The notes under the pieces: generated by a model
The model's database searches: none
What the model was told of the DNA's origin: nothing
The model's input: the letters and a program-made list of their open reading frames with translations, nothing else
Shown: positions 38,264-46,572 of the stretch, in pieces
Layout: every line of letters begins with the position of its first letter
Position numbering within the stretch: the stretch's first letter is position 1
Source: a virus
Taxonomy: Duplodnaviria; Caudoviricetes
Virus record (IMG/VR): IMGVR_UViG_3300027985_000277
Span: 1 to 61,979 of that record
DNA length: 61,979 nt
Reading direction: 5' to 3' (one strand)
Program-made: the position numbers and the translations under genes

Positions 38264-38275
38264 GCGTCCATTTTA

Positions 38276-38698
38276 TCACGAAACAAGGTTGTGCACGAAG
38301 GAAAAGCGCACTGCACTCACGTAGCGAACAGGCTTGACATTGCTGTTCTTCGTGTCTTGAGAATACCCTCCGTCTGCTGTCATACGACCAGAATTCGGAG
38401 GGTAATGATCCTCCAGTGCACTGAATACCATTTGCTTGATTCGATCTGAGGTCATTGCATTCGACGATACGCACTGGACAGTACACCACATCAGGTTCGG
38501 ATTATTCGCGCTCTCCGTGATGCCCTTGTCCAAAGGGTATTTCAGAGGCCCACCGAACGTGAGAATTACGTAGGATTTCAGGATTCCTGTCGGCCCCACC
38601 GTCACGTCATCATGGGTTTGTACGATGTCGCAATCCGGCACAGCCGCAGCAACTGTGTCCTTGATGTCCTGCAATGCAGGCATGTAGTCAACCATCAT
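38276..38698 (-). CDS. Tail terminator
   Basis: Size and synteny. Confidence 0.65.
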   Translation of the reverse strand: MMVDYMPALQDIKDTVAAAVPDCDIVQTHDDVTVGPTGILKSYVILTFGGPLKYPLDKGITESANNPNLMWCTVQCVSSNAMTSDRIKQMVFSALEDHYPPNSGRMTADGGYSQDTKNSNVKPVRYVSAVRFSFVHNLVS

Positions 38699-39192
38699 TT
38701 ACCCCAAGATCGCTTAGTGAGAGCCCTGATTCCTGCCTTGAAGTACATCTTTGCAGCGTAGTAAGCAGGTTCGTAGGCGTTCATGGGCAACGTATATCCA
38801 GCAGGCCCGCCGTCTGCGGACTCAACGTATTTGTTGACGTTGTTGAAGCCCTCATTCTGGTAGCCGAAGTAATCCTCGTACCGCTTGATCCAGCCAAACC
38901 GGGCAGAACGGCTTACACGACCGCTGAGCCTCGACGCTCCACGGGTCGCGCTTCGTTCGTAATCCACACTATTAAGCATGTTCCCGGAGTCAACACGGCC
39001 TCCTGTGGGGCCCAGTCGCCCATCGTATCCTGTACCGCTGGTTTCGATGATATGCTGCATGGTTTCAGCGCCGACCTTGGCGGACTCCACTACAAGGTGC
39101 GCACCGAGGTTCGACAGCGTTTCGGAGTACGCTGTAGCCTTGCCGGTGAAGTTCTTACCACCCGTCATGCGCCATCGTGCCTTGGATGCCAT
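38695..39192 (-). CDS. Neck / HK97 gp10-like protein
   Basis: GRVDSGNMLNSV, YFGYQNEG; synteny. Confidence 0.65.
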   Translation of the reverse strand: MASKARWRMTGGKNFTGKATAYSETLSNLGAHLVVESAKVGAETMQHIIETSGTGYDGRLGPTGGRVDSGNMLNSVDYERSATRGASRLSGRVSRSARFGWIKRYEDYFGYQNEGFNNVNKYVESADGGPAGYTLPMNAYEPAYYAAKMYFKAGIRALTKRSWGK

Positions 39193-39193
39193 G

Positions 39194-39622
39194 TTACGCC
39201 TCCAGTTCGGCTGTCAGGGTCCGCTCAATCGCGTTGGCTGCGTCCACCACGCCCTTGGTTGTGCCGATCCAACCCACAGCGGCGGGCAAGAAGGCGTCGG
39301 TGATCGAAACCACCATGTCGGATGTGAAGTCAATACTTAGCACTTCATCGGTCATCGGCAACTGGAACTGGATGGTGGTGATCTGTTCCTGAGAGCCGGT
39401 GGCGTCTCGACTCAACGTGGTGCGAAGTGGCTGCATCCGTGCAGGCCCCGCGTAGGCAATGGACTTGCTATTCTCCACCGGCTGTGTGGTACCGTTGTCC
39501 ACAATCTGACGGGTGTAAATTTCTATGGTGCAGTTGTTCACCTTGGTTCCTCTCGGCACAAGCCCCGCCCGCCAACGACCAGTGAACAGCGCACGGTTCC
39601 TTACCAGGCCCACGGCGCACAC
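39194..39622 (-). CDS. Head-to-tail stopper (start uncertain)
   Basis: YAGPARMQP; synteny. Confidence 0.65.
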   Translation of the reverse strand: MCAVGLVRNRALFTGRWRAGLVPRGTKVNNCTIEIYTRQIVDNGTTQPVENSKSIAYAGPARMQPLRTTLSRDATGSQEQITTIQFQLPMTDEVLSIDFTSDMVVSITDAFLPAAVGWIGTTKGVVDAANAIERTLTAELEA

Positions 39623-39966
39623 GCTTCAGGATATGTCGGAGTTGAGTCCTCTACGAACACTAGACTGAACGAGCTATCGGTATCGGCAGCAGCGTCAGCC
39701 CGATCCTGATCTGAGCGAAGCGTCTTGGCTCGAACCAGCAGCACTTGTGCCGCCCCGGTGACACCGTTCACCGACAGGTCGTCAGTGGTGACGATCTTGT
39801 AGAGCAGACTCTCGTCCACGGCAATGGTTTCCAGCGCCATCGCAGCCGCGAGGAATACCTTTCCTCCCGCAAGAGTCAAAAAAAGCTCAATGCTGCTATC
39901 CTCGAAGATTTGATCCGAGGAGTCCATGTCGGGAATCAGCAAACGCACACTGTCTAGGTCAGCCAT
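39601..39966 (-). CDS. Head-to-tail adaptor
   Basis: VRLLIPD...FED..I..FL, AAAMALETIA, TDDLSVNG. Confidence 0.75.
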   Translation of the reverse strand: MADLDSVRLLIPDMDSSDQIFEDSSIELFLTLAGGKVFLAAAMALETIAVDESLLYKIVTTDDLSVNGVTGAAQVLLVRAKTLRSDQDRADAAADTDSSFSLVFVEDSTPTYPEACAPWAW

Positions 39967-40058
39967 GAACCTATCATATCAGCCGAGAACCAAGTCAGGC
40001 GCGTTTCCGGAAGGCGACCGCACCGATGACCACTCCGCGACGACGAGTAGCCCCCAGA

Positions 40059-40105
40059 ACGCATCAAAGCGCCCCGTCCACTGCGGACGGGGCGCTTTGA
40101 TGCGT
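40059..40105. terminator. 21-bp perfect inverted repeat / terminator
   Basis: ACGCATCAAAGCGCCCCGTCC-actgc-GGACGGGGCGCTTTGATGCGT. Confidence 0.75.
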
Positions 40106-40145
40106 CTGGTGATGGGTCAGGTGTCCCTATACCGGGACGAAAGGG

Positions 40146-41057
40146 TCAGGCGGGGAAGATCGTGCCGCCGACCGTGCGCGTGTATGCGGACTGTTCGCCG
40201 GTGTAGGCGGTGTAGTTGGGCTCGATCACGAGGCCCGCTATCGCCATGTCTGCAATGTCGGTGTTGTCGCAGTAGACCCTGCCGCCGTTATTGGCGCCGC
40301 CGAGGTTGTTGTGCATGTAGACGCCACGCCCCACGTTGGTGATCTTGATGGCCCAGTTGTCGGTGACGTGAGCGGTCAGGATGTAGTTGTGCGTCGCATA
40401 CACCTTTCCGGACGAGAGGATTCCGTTTGCCCCGTTCGCCTCAATCCAGTTGCCCCGGATCTTCACTGGAGAGAGGACCGCCGCATCCACGGAGATGCCG
40501 TTTCCGGTGTTGTTCTGGATAGTGGAGTCGAGCACGCTCATGCCGGACGAGTAGCCTGTCGAGCCGGGCTCCACATGCACGCCATCCCCCGTGTTCAGTT
40601 CGCTCAGCGAGTCCCGCACGATGGTGGCGTTGCACGACAGCGCACGGATTCCGTGCCCGCCGCAGTATCGCGCGGTGAGTCCGTCCAGTCGGGCAGCTTG
40701 GCATCCGTCGAGGTAGAACCCGTCACCCGTGGCGCCGGATACCCACACGTTGTCGAAGGAGACGCCCGGGGTGTTGAGGTGGGAGCCGTAGAATCCGCGC
40801 GCGGCGACACCGGCACAGTCGATGCGCAGGTTCGCGAGCCGCAGGACGGCCGTGTTCGACGCCGCCACGAGCGGCTTCCCGGCCAGCCCGGGGCCAGCCT
40901 TGATGGTGGCCCCGGAGAAGTCATAGAAGCCGCTGGCGAGGGTGATCGTGTCGTTGACTAGATAGGTCGCGCCGGAGGCCGTGACGATACCGCCAGAGGT
41001 GAGGGATGCTCGAAGTTCGGCAGTATCGTCCACTACCCCGTTGCCGATTGCGGTCAT
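40146..41057 (-). CDS. Right-handed beta-helix (pectate lyase-like) protein, possible depolymerase
   Basis: GNGVVDDTAEL start; repeated NxGxGI strands. Confidence 0.8.
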   Translation of the reverse strand: MTAIGNGVVDDTAELRASLTSGGIVTASGATYLVNDTITLASGFYDFSGATIKAGPGLAGKPLVAASNTAVLRLANLRIDCAGVAARGFYGSHLNTPGVSFDNVWVSGATGDGFYLDGCQAARLDGLTARYCGGHGIRALSCNATIVRDSLSELNTGDGVHVEPGSTGYSSGMSVLDSTIQNNTGNGISVDAAVLSPVKIRGNWIEANGANGILSSGKVYATHNYILTAHVTDNWAIKITNVGRGVYMHNNLGGANNGGRVYCDNTDIADMAIAGLVIEPNYTAYTGEQSAYTRTVGGTIFPA

Positions 41058-41752
41058 GCCGCCGAGCCGGGGAGGGTAGTGGGCCACGCCTCGGGGGTTG
41101 ACCAGGACACTGCGAAAGTCACCACATCATTTGCGGCCCAGTTGCCTGCCATACCTCGCGTTTCGAGGCTCGCCAAAGACGACATATTGCCGAGCACGCC
41201 AACAGATCCAGCGGTGGAGCAGTAGCACGCCCCCCGGACGACGTATCGCTCCGGCTTGAACCCGGTAGTGGTCGCGTAGACCGTGAGTGGGGCCACGCGG
41301 ATGCCGGAGGTTGCGGCACGGAGGATCTTTCCCCGCATCTCTACCACGCCATTCACGCGCCGCAGCTCCAAGTACTCGGTTCCACCGATCGTCCAGTCCG
41401 ATCCGACGCTTGCCGCGATGTTGCGCCAGCCGGTGTCACCGTCGAGTACCTTCCAGTTCGCGCTCGTGGTGCCAGTGCTGATCCACAGGCGGGCGCCGAG
41501 GGTCTGCGCCGTGTCTGCGTAGACCTGCCCTAGAGCCGTGGGGGTGACGACCCCGACCGGTGAACCCGATCCGCGGCGGTGGTTGGACAGTGCTGCATAG
41601 GTGGACGAAAGGGCCGCCGAAGTGGCACTGTTGGGATCAGTAACAATTGATGCAACCCCGGCATCGGACGCGTCCCCCCGGTAAGGCTGATTCGTATCGG
41701 GGTCGATGAGAACAACCCCACCCAAGATGCCTGCGCCGAAATTTCCAGCCAT
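41054..41752 (-). CDS. Virion fibre/decoration-like protein
   Basis: GSGSPVGVVT, GDTGWR, LRRVNGVVE and GFKP fibre-type motifs. Confidence 0.65.
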   Translation of the reverse strand: MAGNFGAGILGGVVLIDPDTNQPYRGDASDAGVASIVTDPNSATSAALSSTYAALSNHRRGSGSPVGVVTPTALGQVYADTAQTLGARLWISTGTTSANWKVLDGDTGWRNIAASVGSDWTIGGTEYLELRRVNGVVEMRGKILRAATSGIRVAPLTVYATTTGFKPERYVVRGACYCSTAGSVGVLGNMSSLASLETRGMAGNWAANDVVTFAVSWSTPEAWPTTLPGSAA

Positions 41753-41754
41753 GT

Positions 41755-41916
41755 TCAACCGATCTTGTAGAAGTCTTTAGTATCAGGATCAATTAGAACA
41801 ACACCCCCAAGAATTCCGGGGCCGTTGTTTTCCAGCGCATCAAGTGCGTCATGTAGAGCCGAATAAGGCTGCCCTGTAGCAGGGTCTATGAGCACAACTG
41901 CACCGACGATATCCAT
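41755..41916 (-). CDS. Small protein (53 aa) with two VVLIDPxT..Y motifs
   Basis: MDIVGAVVLIDPATGQPY...GILGGVVLIDPDTKDFYKIG; TAAAAT-N7-ATG. Confidence 0.7.
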   Translation of the reverse strand: MDIVGAVVLIDPATGQPYSALHDALDALENNGPGILGGVVLIDPDTKDFYKIG

Positions 41917-41938
41917 GACTACCATTTTACAGCAACAA

Positions 41939-42002
41939 GAAACCCCGGGCGACCATGCCCGGGGTTCTCGGGAAACAGGGGGAAGGAGGCAACCCCGTTT
42001 CC
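41939..42002 (-). terminator. Tandem hairpins / terminator ending the tRNA cluster
   Basis: AACCCCGGGC/GCCCGGGGTT and GGAAAC-GGGG/CCCCGTTTCC stems. Confidence 0.7.
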
Positions 42003-42040
42003 TGCAACTACGTCTCAGTTTAGCAGATTTTCACTCTGCG

Positions 42041-42124
42041 TGCGCCGGATGAGATTCGAACTCATACGCCCTCTCGGGCAACCGATTTTGAGTCGGTCGC
42101 GTCTACCAATTTCGCCACAAGCGC
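42041..42124 (-). tRNA. tRNA-Leu(CAA)
   Basis: ACCGA-CTCAAAA-TCGGT, long variable arm, ATGAG-TTCGAAT-CTCAT. Confidence 0.92.
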
Positions 42125-42128
42125 CCGG

Positions 42129-42203
42129 CCCGCCAAGTCCACTTGGACTATTGCCACGAGTGCACTCAATGTGGACAATAGCAGGGGGATCGAACCCCAC
42201 GGG
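42129..42203 (-). ncRNA. Circularly permuted tRNA-like RNA (T-arm, closed acceptor-like stem, D-arm)
   Basis: GGGG-TTCGATC-CCCC, long stem-loop, TA-GTC-CAAGTGGACTT-GGC, closed by CCCG/CGGG. Confidence 0.5.
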
Positions 42204-42210
42204 AAAACTA

Positions 42211-42291
42211 CGAAGCCAGACCCCTTGAGTGGGAACCAGACGGGGGCCCACCCGTTGCTCACGCCGTCCCCCGAGAGAGGGTAAGGCTTCG
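42211..42291 (-). ncRNA. Small structured, possibly pseudoknotted RNA
   Basis: CGAAGCC/GGCTTCG closing stem with crossing internal complements. Confidence 0.4.
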
Positions 42292-42293
42292 CG

Positions 42294-42364
42294 TAGCTCG
42301 ACCGGGACTCGAACCCGGAGCGCAGGGTTATGAGCCCAGCATGTTTCCGTTACACCATCCAGCT
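42294..42364 (-). tRNA. tRNA-Met(CAT), initiator-like anticodon stem
   Basis: GGG-CTCATAA-CCC; CCGGG-TTCGAGT-CCCGG; one acceptor mismatch. Confidence 0.85.
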
Positions 42365-42371
42365 AAAACAG

Positions 42372-42455
42372 GAGCGGGGGTTGGACTCGAACCAACGACT
42401 ATTGCTCTCCGGTTTGAAGGGTGCCCGCACGCTCTGCCCGCTGAGCTACCCCGCT
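42372..42455 (-). tRNA. tRNA-like RNA with non-canonical anticodon arm
   Basis: Perfect acceptor, D- and T-arms; anticodon region enlarged and containing CTTCAAA. Confidence 0.6.
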
Positions 42456-42461
42456 CCTGCG

Positions 42462-42534
42462 TCCGGATGGAGAGATTCGAACTCCCGACTCCTTGGCCCC
42501 AAACCAAGTCGCATAGCCGCTTGCGTACATCCAG
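42462..42534 (-). tRNA. tRNA-Pro(TGG)
   Basis: CTTGG-TTTGGGG-CCAAG; GGGAG-TTCGAAT-CTCTC. Confidence 0.9.
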
Positions 42535-42592
42535 TGTCTCATACCGGCGCATTACCGGGCCTGTGCCGTGCAGTTCGTTTGAGGTTGCTACA

Positions 42593-42630
42593 AGCATAGC
42601 AAAGCCCCCGAGAACTTGTCAAGGGGGCTT
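42593..42630 (-). promoter_or_regulatory. Capsid-gene terminator overlapping promoter TTGACA-N18-TATGCT for the tRNA cluster
   Basis: AAGCCCCC/GGGGGCTTT hairpin contains the -35 (42617-42622); -10 at 42593-42598. Confidence 0.7.
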
Positions 42631-42649
42631 CACCAACTAGAAGGGAGGC

Positions 42650-43786
42650 TTACGAACCAGCGCCCGAAGAGTTGACGATGTTCACGCCGCCGTCGTAGAC
42701 GAGGCCACCGCCGAACTGGCGAAGCTTGAGGGTGATGCTGTCGTTGGCGAAGGAGCCCTCGAACGGGGACGCCTGCCCACCACCGACGTAGTTACCGGTC
42801 AGGTTCTCAACGAACAACTGCGGTGTCTGGTAGCCGCGAAGCTCCAGCCGGTTCACAGTCGGACGCCGTGTGGCACCCGGCTTCGGCAGCAGCTTCCACG
42901 CCGCACCCGAAATCCAATCGGTCTCAATCGGAGTGATGTTCGCCAGCGGGTTGTACCCGTTACCGATCACGTACGACCACTTGGGATCGGAACTCTTATC
43001 GAAACCAACCAGGGTCTGGTTCAGGATGAAGTTGGCGTACATGCCCTGACCCGGAGCCACCAGCAGGTTGTACCCACCATTGACCATGACCTTGCGACCA
43101 TTCACGGTGCGCTCGGAGAGTTCGATCTGTGCCCTGATCAGCGCGTCACGACTCAGCGGAGCATTGGCCGGAATCGTAGCACCGGTCGGCACAGAGCCAC
43201 CAGCCAGAGCAATACCAGCCGCCATGAGCGGAGTCATAACCTCGGACTCCTCAGTGTCCAGAGCCGCTTCCTGCATCATGCGGGGAAGCTGATCGATGAC
43301 ACCCATGCCGTCGTTGATCCGAGACTCCAGCGTCCAGTCGGTCTTGAAACCCTTCTTCGTGACCTTACCGCTCTGATCGCTCAGCGCAGTGACGTACACG
43401 TACGGGTAGTTACTACCCTCGGGGATAACCGGGGCCTCGCCGTGGACGCCCAGCACATTGGACTTGCCGTGGCCGTCTGTATTGTCCCACACGAGGTCGT
43501 ACCAGATGGCAGGCTTGAAGTCAGACACCTGGGCCGTACCGGCAATCTGCGTCCAGACACGGGGAGCCTCATCATACTGGGGCAGGAAGTTCATCGTGGT
43601 CAGATGAGCAAGGCTGAAGATCGCATCGGAAGTGGTCAGCGCCTCTTCCAACTTAGCCGTAGCAACCTTGTTGCCGCTCAGGTGAGCGTCCATCAGTTCC
43701 TTGACAGCCTTCAGCTTCCCGGGAGTAACCGAGGGATGAACCTTCAGCCGACCGTCAGCGGTGATCGGGTTCTTGTAGGTCTTCAT
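42650..43786 (-). CDS. Major capsid protein
   Basis: 378 aa, strongly biased codons, follows protease/scaffold; IPEGSNYP, EGSFANDSITLKLR. Confidence 0.9.
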   Translation of the reverse strand: MKTYKNPITADGRLKVHPSVTPGKLKAVKELMDAHLSGNKVATAKLEEALTTSDAIFSLAHLTTMNFLPQYDEAPRVWTQIAGTAQVSDFKPAIWYDLVWDNTDGHGKSNVLGVHGEAPVIPEGSNYPYVYVTALSDQSGKVTKKGFKTDWTLESRINDGMGVIDQLPRMMQEAALDTEESEVMTPLMAAGIALAGGSVPTGATIPANAPLSRDALIRAQIELSERTVNGRKVMVNGGYNLLVAPGQGMYANFILNQTLVGFDKSSDPKWSYVIGNGYNPLANITPIETDWISGAAWKLLPKPGATRRPTVNRLELRGYQTPQLFVENLTGNYVGGGQASPFEGSFANDSITLKLRQFGGGLVYDGGVNIVNSSGAGS

Positions 43787-43792
43787 TGTGCG

Positions 43793-44203
43793 TTAGGCTC
43801 CAATCCGAACAGCCGCACGACCGGCTTCCTTGCGGTAATCCCGAGGGTAGTCTGTGTACCCGTAGTGGGTGTTGTCTGTGGAAGTCAGGGTCAACGCGCC
43901 ACCAGAGGTGATGAAAACCTCAACGCCATTTCCTGTTCCGGTCGTAGCCCCAGTAACAGCGAACTCGAAGGTTCCATCGAATGCCACAGTGGCCTTACCA
44001 GCCGCATTACCGACGCCGCCGATGGTGTAGGTGATGACCGTGCCATCGGAGAGTGTCTTGGTGGCGGTAGCTGTGGGCTCTGCTGTCAGAGTCACAGCGG
44101 GCCTGCCGTCCGCAATCAGCGGCACACCCGAACCAGTGCCAGCAGTAACCGTGGCTTCGCGGTTCTTGCTCTGGGTCTCAGCGAAAATCTTGTTGGTCGC
44201 CAT
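43793..44203 (-). CDS. Capsid decoration/cement protein (DUF2190-like)
   Basis: ATVAFDGTFEFAV; between scaffold and capsid. Confidence 0.7.
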   Translation of the reverse strand: MATNKIFAETQSKNREATVTAGTGSGVPLIADGRPAVTLTAEPTATATKTLSDGTVITYTIGGVGNAAGKATVAFDGTFEFAVTGATTGTGNGVEVFITSGGALTLTSTDNTHYGYTDYPRDYRKEAGRAAVRIGA

Positions 44204-44205
44204 GA

Positions 44206-45135
44206 TTAGTTACCCCATCCACCGACCACGTAGGCATCGCCCTTGAGGTCGTCCTCTGTGATCTTGCCCTTGGGGGCATCTTCCTGCGTCTTGATGGACT
44301 CTGTGATGTCCTTAATGTAGGTCTGCTCCGCAGCGATGGCGTCCTCAACCTTGGCTCCACCCTTGACCGACTCCATGACCTTGGCCCGAGCGGTCTTCGG
44401 AAGCTTCGCCTCAACAACGGCCTCAACAACGGCAGCCATGTCGGGCTCCGCCTTCTCCGGCTCTGTCGCAGGCTTAGGAGCGAGGGCTTCCTTAAGCTCT
44501 GTGAACGAAGGTGCAATGGCCTTAGCCAGGGCCTCCGCGAGAGCCTGAATTTCCTCCGGCGTCATGCCGTTGTCCTTTCCGTGTTCATTACTGGAATCCA
44601 TTTTATCACGAACAATGCCTTTGTAGGATTCTTGAAGGGCCATTAGTTTTCCGCCAGCCCCCGCAACCGTCACGACATCCACTGTGTTAAGTGGGTCCGG
44701 GATGAATCCTTCGATAATGGGGAGTCCTGCTTCAGTAAGTTGATCCCCCCAACCGTAAGCGTTGATACTCATGCCGAGGATTTCGTGAAACTGCTCTACG
44801 AAAGGAGACCACTGAGTTCCGAACTCGACATCGGCTTCCAGCCCAGCCGGGATCGACTCTGTGGCAGCAACGAACTCCGGCTCAGTGACGATGGCCCCCA
44901 TGAGAGTCGTGATCGATCCAGACGGGTGCTCGAAGGATGCGTCAAAGCCCTGATGATCCGCGTTGATCTTCGTGCCAACTGGAAAAGCAGCAGGGCCTGT
45001 GTCTCGAAGCGCTGCTTCCGTATAGAAGCCACTCGACCCCGCACCGACCTGCACAATGCGAGCACGCCAACGGTTTTTACCAGTTACCTTGCCGAGAGAG
45101 AAACCCGATTCTCGAAGAGAGCGCTTTGTAGGCAT
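44206..45135 (-). CDS. Capsid maturation protease / scaffold fusion
   Basis: GSSGFY, NADH, GMSI, TVDVVTVAGAGG; helical charged C-terminus. Confidence 0.8.
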   Translation of the reverse strand: MPTKRSLRESGFSLGKVTGKNRWRARIVQVGAGSSGFYTEAALRDTGPAAFPVGTKINADHQGFDASFEHPSGSITTLMGAIVTEPEFVAATESIPAGLEADVEFGTQWSPFVEQFHEILGMSINAYGWGDQLTEAGLPIIEGFIPDPLNTVDVVTVAGAGGKLMALQESYKGIVRDKMDSSNEHGKDNGMTPEEIQALAEALAKAIAPSFTELKEALAPKPATEPEKAEPDMAAVVEAVVEAKLPKTARAKVMESVKGGAKVEDAIAAEQTYIKDITESIKTQEDAPKGKITEDDLKGDAYVVGGWGN

Positions 45136-45149
45136 GGTCCTATTCTACC

Positions 45150-46562
45150 TTAATTCCCGTTATCGCCACTGTGGTCTGTTGTGCCCTGATTTGTCCCCCC
45201 GGGCACAGCCCCGCTGTTACCTTGACGAGCCATCGGGTCCGCTGTGGTTGCTGTCGTATTGGGGTCAGTCCAAGTGTTGAACCCGTCTGGTTCTGGGAGC
45301 CCCGCCTTGCTCTTGGTGACATCTGCGATATCAAGAATAGCGTTGCGCATTTCTTCTCGATGTAGCGCTCCCAGTTGATATGCCTGCAAAATGCTGGCGA
45401 TTTGCCGATAAGCAGGGTCAGTTTGGAGCGCGGGAAACTCGACGTATCCGTCCTTGACTCCAACATCGTTGAGGATTTCGTTATAGAACACCGCCCACAT
45501 GTCCTGCAAACTGCTCATCGTCTTGAAAGTGGGCTCATCCAGTGTGCTGGCCGCACCATAGGAGCCTCCTGTGGCTCCAGGACTGGACAGCAGCGCGATC
45601 ACCGGCACACCGAAGCTTGTCGCCACCGCAGCAATCAGCGGCTGGCCGTTGTTCATGTTCACCTGAGCCGAAGGAACCCCTACGCCCTGCAACTGCGTAC
45701 CGGCCAGCATAGCTGCTGTGCCGCCAACGCCAGTTCCACTGTCGCGTACTGTCGCCGCAGCGGCTCCTGCACCGCTCGTAGTGGCGCTCGTGATCTTCCA
45801 GGCGATCAGAGAGAGAGCTTTCACCAGTTTGGCGTTGTCGCGCAAATAGGCAGCGTAGGCTTCGGTGTACACCATTGCAGCAAGACTGTCCGGCACACCC
45901 CAGGTCCAGCCCGTCTGTCGGTGACTGGCTTGGTGATAGATCACCGCATCCTGTGAAACAGATACGCCGTTGATCTCCTTACGGATCTTGCCCTTGACGC
46001 GCTTCTTGTAGCGGGAAATCGGGTACCAGCGAACCTGTTCTGCGCCATCAGCCACCCAACGGCGTTGGATATACCAGATCGTTCCCGCATCGTCTGGGTC
46101 GGTGGACACCGCCGTCACCTGACGAATGGGCACTTGCGTGAACAAGTTGGTAGATGTGTTCCGGATAACGAAATAGTTACCGTCCGTGAACAGAGCCAAG
46201 TTCGCAGCCTCATATGCCTGACTGGAGAACATGACTGCTACGTTGTGGGCATCTTCCAGCACTGCTTTATAGCGCGGTTGGGTGACATTGACAAAGCGTA
46301 AACCCCGACCAAACACATAACCGTGCCGCAACTGAGCACCACGAGAATGCCAAGGATTGCTCGCGGCAAGTTCTCGAAGCTTATCGGACAAACCCTTGAG
46401 GTCGGAAAGCTTGGGGCCGTCTTCTTCGCCCTCAAACCACCCATTGATGAGGAACCAATTGGCTTCATCCAGATCACGAAGTCGGGTCGAGAGGGTTTCT
46501 CGAAGGTCATGCACCTCAATCTGAAGGGCAGCAAGTTCAAGTTCTTCGGCGGTCTGGGTCAT
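45150..46562 (-). CDS. Portal protein
   Basis: 470 aa directly after terminase; LFTDGNYF. Confidence 0.88.
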   Translation of the reverse strand: MTQTAEELELAALQIEVHDLRETLSTRLRDLDEANWFLINGWFEGEEDGPKLSDLKGLSDKLRELAASNPWHSRGAQLRHGYVFGRGLRFVNVTQPRYKAVLEDAHNVAVMFSSQAYEAANLALFTDGNYFVIRNTSTNLFTQVPIRQVTAVSTDPDDAGTIWYIQRRWVADGAEQVRWYPISRYKKRVKGKIRKEINGVSVSQDAVIYHQASHRQTGWTWGVPDSLAAMVYTEAYAAYLRDNAKLVKALSLIAWKITSATTSGAGAAAATVRDSGTGVGGTAAMLAGTQLQGVGVPSAQVNMNNGQPLIAAVATSFGVPVIALLSSPGATGGSYGAASTLDEPTFKTMSSLQDMWAVFYNEILNDVGVKDGYVEFPALQTDPAYRQIASILQAYQLGALHREEMRNAILDIADVTKSKAGLPEPDGFNTWTDPNTTATTADPMARQGNSGAVPGGTNQGTTDHSGDNGN

Positions 46563-46572
46563 ATCTGGTAGT

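Noticed and set aside
42211-42293. HDV-like theta ribozyme after tRNA-Met
   Set aside because: Could not place the P1-P2-P3-P1.1-P4 order or the J4/2 catalytic C; kept only as an unassigned RNA.
42372-42455. Stop-codon recoding via a TCA (or TTA at 17980-17986) suppressor tRNA
   Set aside because: TGA and TAA are used as normal stops throughout, core genes are uninterrupted, and neither element has a canonical tRNA fold.
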